This document shows positions 56,338-61,159 of a stretch of DNA of 61,159 nt, piece by piece. The position numbers were made by a program, and so were the translations under genes. The notes under the pieces are model-generated. The model did not search any database and had not been told where the DNA came from. It saw only the letters and a list, made by a program, of their open reading frames with translations. The stretch is taken from the NCBI GenBank assembly GCA_031418995.1, contig JANOKA010000215.1:1-61159 (forward strand), written 5' to 3'. Within the stretch, counting starts at the first letter, position 1, and each line of letters opens with the position of its first letter. This stretch comes from Sphingomonadales bacterium. GTDB taxonomy: Bacteria; Pseudomonadota; Alphaproteobacteria; Sphingomonadales; Sphingomonadaceae.

Positions 56338-57212
56338 CAAATAAGTCCTGCATTCTCCAACGCGGCATCGACCAACCTGCAACTGTCCACGCTAGGCGGC
56401 GTCATTGGCAAACGCAATTCTGTAGGGAACCCTTCTATCACGCGCGAAAGCGCATATTTTATGGGACCCGGCGATGCATCTGAAAATAAAGCTTTATGCA
56501 GTGGATAAAGCTTATCATTAAGCTCCAGCGCAAGATCATAATTGCCCGCCGCGCATGCTGCCTGAAAATCGGCACACAGTTTCGGAGCGACATTGGCTGT
56601 GACCGAGATACATCCAACGCCCCCGCTGGCGTTGAATGCCAGTGACAATTCATCGACGCCTGATAACAGGCAGAAATTCTTGCGGCAATCCAGACGATGC
56701 TCTGTAACGCGGGACAAATCTCCGCTAGCATCCTTAATACCCGCAACATTTGGTAGCAATGACAGCGCGGCAACCGTTTCCGGTTTAATGTCGGTCACAG
56801 TACGCGCTGGTACATTATACAAAATCAAAGGCAGATCATTCTTTTCGGTTAACGCAGAAAAATGCGCATAGATTCCCTCTTGGTTTGGGCGATTGTAATA
56901 TGGCGCGACAACCAATCCTGCGGCGGCCCCACATTTTTTCGAAAAGTTAAGGTGTAGCATAGCGTTGGTCGTATCGTTTGAACCGCACCCTGCGATAATC
57001 GGAACGCGGCCTGCCGCTTGTTCTATGCACACTTCAATCACGCGGTGATGCTCTGCATTTGACAAAGTCGAACTTTCGCCAGTGGTCCCGCATGGCACAA
57101 GCGCGCTCGATCCTAGCTCAATTTGCCAATCCACGAGATTGCGAAAATGCTTCTCGCTAAACGCTCCGTCCCGAAAAGGAGTCACTAGAGCCGGAATTGA
57201 GCCGGAAAACAT
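56337..57212 (-). CDS. dapA: 4-hydroxy-tetrahydrodipicolinate synthase
   Basis: GTTGES, PYYN, YNVPART, IKDA. Confidence 0.96.
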   Translation of the reverse strand: MFSGSIPALVTPFRDGAFSEKHFRNLVDWQIELGSSALVPCGTTGESSTLSNAEHHRVIEVCIEQAAGRVPIIAGCGSNDTTNAMLHLNFSKKCGAAAGLVVAPYYNRPNQEGIYAHFSALTEKNDLPLILYNVPARTVTDIKPETVAALSLLPNVAGIKDASGDLSRVTEHRLDCRKNFCLLSGVDELSLAFNASGGVGCISVTANVAPKLCADFQAACAAGNYDLALELNDKLYPLHKALFSDASPGPIKYALSRVIEGFPTELRLPMTPPSVDSCRLVDAALENAGLI

Positions 57213-57299
57213 GGATTTTGTTCCTTACATAGATTCAATGCGTAGCTATATACCAGTCACGTAATTCGTTCAGCGTCTGATAAGGAAGCATCCCTTAAT

Positions 57300-59303
57300 A
57301 TGTCCAGCATGGTAAAGCATCTGATTTCGACAACCGCCCTCATTCTTCCTGCAATTATTATGGCGGCCACCGCAAACGCGCAACCTACCGAATGGCGCTC
57401 TGGTGTAGGTAATGGTCCAATAGCTGTGCCATCTACGCAGATTGATCGCAGCCAAGGCAATATACCCGCCGCATTGCAAAGGTGGCGTATGTTAAGCCAG
57501 TCAGGCAATTACAGCTTTGACGAATACGCATCGTTTTTGATGACTTATCCGGGCTGGCCAGGCGACAAAGCCATGCGTCAAAATGCCGAACAAGCAATTA
57601 ATCTGCTTAGCTATTCACCATCGCAAGCCGTCGCTTATTTTGATCGTTTGGAGCCTGTTAGCAACACAGGGCGGGCAAAATACGCTATTGCCCTCGCCGC
57701 AACAGGTGACAATGTGCGAGCCGACAACTGGGCACGTCGTGCATGGCGGGAAGGTCCGCTCACCGATGATGATGAAGCACGAATATTAAGCATGATGTCG
57801 TCAAAGCTAACCTCAGAGGACCATGATACCCGCGCTGACAAGCTTTTGTGGGTAAAGGCAACGCGCGCAGCAGAACGTGTTCGGCCCTATACCTCCGCAG
57901 ATCGCCGTGCTGGATTTTCTGCGCGCATATCCCTTAAAAACGGTTTGAGTGATGCAGATGGCTATTTGAATTCGATGGGTCGGCAAGCAAATTCCGATGC
58001 CGGTGTCCTAGCAGATCGCGCTTTGGCATTGCGTACGCAAGGCAATGGGTCGGCAGCGCGTGAACTGCTTGCAAACCGGGACACACTCGTCCGCGCACCT
58101 GCTGATACAGAAGAGTGGTATGAAGTATTGCTGTCATTTGCCCGCGAAGCGGCAGCAGATGGACAAAGTGATTTGGCGTACCGGATTGCATCGAGGGTAG
58201 ATGATGGCATTGCATCCGGTACAGCCGTGCGTGATATGTCAATTGGCGTACGCGATGATTATACAAGTTTGACTTGGCTGGCAGGCACTTTGGCGTTGGA
58301 CAAACTCAATCGTCCAAAAGACGCCATTTTGATGTTTGACCGTTACAGCCAAGCTGCCAAATCTCCGCAAACACGAACTAAAGGGGCCTATTGGGCAGGT
58401 GTAGCCGCAAAACGCAGCGGCGACCTTGCAACCGCGAATAGCCGTTTTGAAGCTGCGGCAGAATATTACGACCAGTTTTATGGCCAACTTGCAACTGAAG
58501 CATTGGGCCGCCGCGTTGCCGCCAATGCGCCTGTAGCATCTATTCCATCCGTACCCACAGTAGATACATCGCCGGTATTTCAGGCCGCAAGGCTGGCCGC
58601 GCGCTATGGTGACCATAAAGAACAGACACTGTTTCTGCGCGCCATTGCCAATTCTATCCAGTCTGAACAGCAATATGCTGATGCGATCAGCCTTTCAAAA
58701 TCGATTGGTCGGCCCGATCTTTCGGTCATGGCAGGGCGAAATGCCCGGATAGATGGCCATAGTAGCCTCATCCCTTATGGCTTTCCGACTGTTAATGTTC
58801 CAGACGGCCACCACCATAACTGGACGATGATTCATGCAATAACGCGTCAAGAAAGTCAGTTTGACCGTGAAGCGTTAAGTCACGCAGGCGCGCGCGGTTT
58901 GATGCAACTGATGCCCGGTACAGCGCAAGAAACCGCTGGCAAAATCTCCTTAGGATATAGCCGCGACGCGTTAACCAGTGACCCGGAATATAATGTAAAG
59001 CTCGGCTCCACTTATATTCAGCGTATGATGACGTATTTTAATGGCAGCTATCCTCTCGCTGTCGCTGCGTATAATGCAGGCCCCGGCAACGTGAACAAAT
59101 GGTTGCGTGCCAATGGTGATCCGCGGACAGGATCGATTGCAATGCTGGATTGGATCGAGAGAATCCCGATTTATGAAACACGCAATTATGTTCAGCGCGT
59201 ATTGGAAAATGCGGTCGTTTACGACCTGCAAAATCCTGACAAAGCGCATATTAAATCGCAATTTCCATTAAGTGCATATTTGGGCAAGTCCACGCCGGGA
59301 TGA
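57300..59303 (+). CDS. Soluble lytic murein transglycosylase (Slt70-like)
   Basis: Signal peptide, helical repeats, RQES, GLMQLMP, AYNAG, ETRNYV. Confidence 0.94.
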   Translation: MSSMVKHLISTTALILPAIIMAATANAQPTEWRSGVGNGPIAVPSTQIDRSQGNIPAALQRWRMLSQSGNYSFDEYASFLMTYPGWPGDKAMRQNAEQAINLLSYSPSQAVAYFDRLEPVSNTGRAKYAIALAATGDNVRADNWARRAWREGPLTDDDEARILSMMSSKLTSEDHDTRADKLLWVKATRAAERVRPYTSADRRAGFSARISLKNGLSDADGYLNSMGRQANSDAGVLADRALALRTQGNGSAARELLANRDTLVRAPADTEEWYEVLLSFAREAAADGQSDLAYRIASRVDDGIASGTAVRDMSIGVRDDYTSLTWLAGTLALDKLNRPKDAILMFDRYSQAAKSPQTRTKGAYWAGVAAKRSGDLATANSRFEAAAEYYDQFYGQLATEALGRRVAANAPVASIPSVPTVDTSPVFQAARLAARYGDHKEQTLFLRAIANSIQSEQQYADAISLSKSIGRPDLSVMAGRNARIDGHSSLIPYGFPTVNVPDGHHHNWTMIHAITRQESQFDREALSHAGARGLMQLMPGTAQETAGKISLGYSRDALTSDPEYNVKLGSTYIQRMMTYFNGSYPLAVAAYNAGPGNVNKWLRANGDPRTGSIAMLDWIERIPIYETRNYVQRVLENAVVYDLQNPDKAHIKSQFPLSAYLGKSTPG

Positions 59304-59310
59304 CCCGGTC

Positions 59311-59826
59311 ATGATTCGTATGCGCCCCGAACGGCAATTGGAAGAACGCAGCAATCCTATGAGCGCGGCGGGTTATGACGCTTTGCGCGCAAGATATGTC
59401 GAGTTATTCGAGGTGGAACGGCCAAAGCTGGTGGAAACAGTTAGCTGGGCCGCGGGCAATGGTGATCGCAGTGAAAATGGCGACTATATTTACGGCAAAA
59501 AGCGCCTGCGTGAAATTGACCGTGAAGTGCGGCATATTTCAAAACGCATGAAAGCAGCAAATATCATTGATCCATCGCAGCAACCGGACCGCGGGCATGT
59601 GTATTTTGGCGCAACTATTACACTGGCAGATGAGGACGATAATCAGCGCGTTATTTCCATCGTTGGTGATGATGAAGCGGATGCTGGCGCCGGATTAATC
59701 GGATGGAATGCACCGCTTGCTATGGCTTTACGCAAAGCAGCCGTGGGAGATTTGAGAATAGTTACGCTACCTTCGGGACCGAAAGAATGGGAAGTAATGG
59801 ATATTACTTACCCTGAACGAAGATAA
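59311..59826 (+). CDS. greB: Transcription elongation factor GreB
   Basis: VSWAAGNGDRSENGDYIYGKKRLREIDR. Confidence 0.93.
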   Translation: MIRMRPERQLEERSNPMSAAGYDALRARYVELFEVERPKLVETVSWAAGNGDRSENGDYIYGKKRLREIDREVRHISKRMKAANIIDPSQQPDRGHVYFGATITLADEDDNQRVISIVGDDEADAGAGLIGWNAPLAMALRKAAVGDLRIVTLPSGPKEWEVMDITYPERR

Positions 59827-59828
59827 AA

Positions 59829-60599
59829 CTACCCAAGGGCTTTCTTTGCCAACGCCGCAATCTCACCTGTAACTTCGGGAAACTCTTGCGGCACATGCGA
59901 TTTCAGCTCTTCCAATATATGCCTTAAAACCGCGATGCGCGCGGCTTTCTGGTTGTTTCCGTTAATCACAGTCCACGGCGCCCAGCGCGTGTCGGTTTGC
60001 GCAAACATTTCGGCGAATGCAGCCAGATAATCATCGCGCTTGCCGCGATTGCGGAAATCCTCTGCGGTCACTTTCCAGCGTTTCGACGGGTCATCTAAAC
60101 GCTCTTTCAAAATCTCGTCCTGCGCATCTTGTGTTACGTGTAAGAAAATCTTGATGAGTTTCGTACCGATTTCCACCTGTTGCGATTCGAACTCGTTAAT
60201 CTCGTCATAGCCGCGTCGCCAATCCGTTTCACTGCAGAAACCCTCAACACGTTCGACCAACACACGGCCATAATGGCTGCGATCAAGAATATGGATTTCC
60301 TCGCTACGCGGTAATTTATTCCAGAACCGCCATAGGAAATGTTTATCTTTTTCCTCTGCTGTTGGCGCACTGATCGGATACACTTCGAAATAACGTGGAT
60401 CCATGCTGGCCGTTAAGCGCTTTATAGCGCCGCCTTTGCCAGCGGCGTCCCACCCTTCAAAAATTATCAGCGTACGGCATTTATGCAGGATATGCAGCGA
60501 TTGCTGTTCGGCCAATTGCTTTTGTAAAACGCTTAAATCCTCGGCATAATCGCCGCCGTATTTTGCACCGGATTCGTAATCTGAAAGGTCAATATTCAT
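59829..60599 (-). CDS. ppk2: Polyphosphate kinase 2 family protein
   Basis: EGWDAAGKGG, DRSHY, RVLVERV, KRWK. Confidence 0.93.
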   Translation of the reverse strand: MNIDLSDYESGAKYGGDYAEDLSVLQKQLAEQQSLHILHKCRTLIIFEGWDAAGKGGAIKRLTASMDPRYFEVYPISAPTAEEKDKHFLWRFWNKLPRSEEIHILDRSHYGRVLVERVEGFCSETDWRRGYDEINEFESQQVEIGTKLIKIFLHVTQDAQDEILKERLDDPSKRWKVTAEDFRNRGKRDDYLAAFAEMFAQTDTRWAPWTVINGNNQKAARIAVLRHILEELKSHVPQEFPEVTGEIAALAKKALG

Positions 60600-60667
60600 A
60601 TGCACGTTTGAGCATCAAACGCACATGCAAACAAGCTGCCGATTTGAAATGTTCCCAAAAGGGACGA

Positions 60668-61159
60668 TCATCCTTTTGGTGCTTGCTCGACAATCCGGAT
60701 ATTCAACTCGCGCAATTGCTTGGCAGAAACAGGTCCTGGCGCGCTCATCATCAAATCCTCGGCCTTTTGGTTCATCGGGAACACAATCACCTCGCGGATA
60801 TTGGGCTCATTGGCCAGCAGCATGACGATACGGTCAATGCCCGGCGCACTGCCGCCATGGGGCGGTGCGCCAAATTTGAAAGCGTTAATCATACCGGAGA
60901 AGTTTTCATCGACATCCGCTTGGGTATATCCCGCAATTTCAAACGCCTTGTACATGATTTCAGGGCGGTGATTGCGGATTGCACCAGAGGACAGCTCAAC
61001 GCCGTTGCACACAATGTCATATTGGTATGCCAAAATATCGAGCGGGTCCTGCGTTTCCAAAGCCTCCATCTCGCCTTGCGGCATAGAAAACGGGTTATGG
61101 CTGAAATCCACTTTTTTGCTTTCTTCGTCATATTCGAACATCGGAAAATCGACGATCCA
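60668..61159 (-). CDS. aspS: Aspartate--tRNA ligase (C-terminal part; 5' end outside window)
   Basis: [40 protein letters not shown]. Confidence 0.96.
   Translation of the reverse strand, partial: WIVDFPMFEYDEESKKVDFSHNPFSMPQGEMEALETQDPLDILAYQYDIVCNGVELSSGAIRNHRPEIMYKAFEIAGYTQADVDENFSGMINAFKFGAPPHGGSAPGIDRIVMLLANEPNIREVIVFPMNQKAEDLMMSAPGPVSAKQLRELNIRIVEQAPKG

Overview
A housekeeping-dominated chromosomal segment of an alphaproteobacterium. Gene order and protein sequences point to Sphingomonadaceae; the moderate GC (about 50% by eye) suggests a Sphingorhabdus/Parasphingorhabdus-like organism (inference). Contents in order: clpX(partial)-clpP-tig-tRNA-Leu, gatCAB, ruvX-pyrB-pyrC', a SPOR/RHH/ParA/SPOR cluster, hisI, purF, photolyase, a 2-oxoacid:ferredoxin oxidoreductase, rppH, guaB, small DUF937/DUF3597 genes, the pckA-chvI-chvG-hprK-rapZ-EIIA-HPr locus, rmuC, pssA/psd, icd, a Kef antiporter, alaS, recA-cckA, smpB-dapA, slt-greB, ppk2 and aspS(partial). 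I found no integrase, transposase, prophage or CRISPR array. Best candidates for something undescribed: (1) an orphan chromosomal ParA plus ribbon-helix-helix partner flanked by two peptidoglycan-binding SPOR proteins, with a CtrA-like box in the divergent promoter; (2) a three-hairpin, anti-Shine-Dalgarno-loop RNA candidate directly after recA; (3) a repeated leaderless-promoter architecture (gatC, hisI, chvI, psd, alaS); (4) a shared C-terminal Dx[DN]GDG motif in two neighbouring small proteins; (5) an atypical ClpP N-terminus and a plant-arginase-like ureohydrolase. All family assignments come from motif recognition by eye; no database searches were run.
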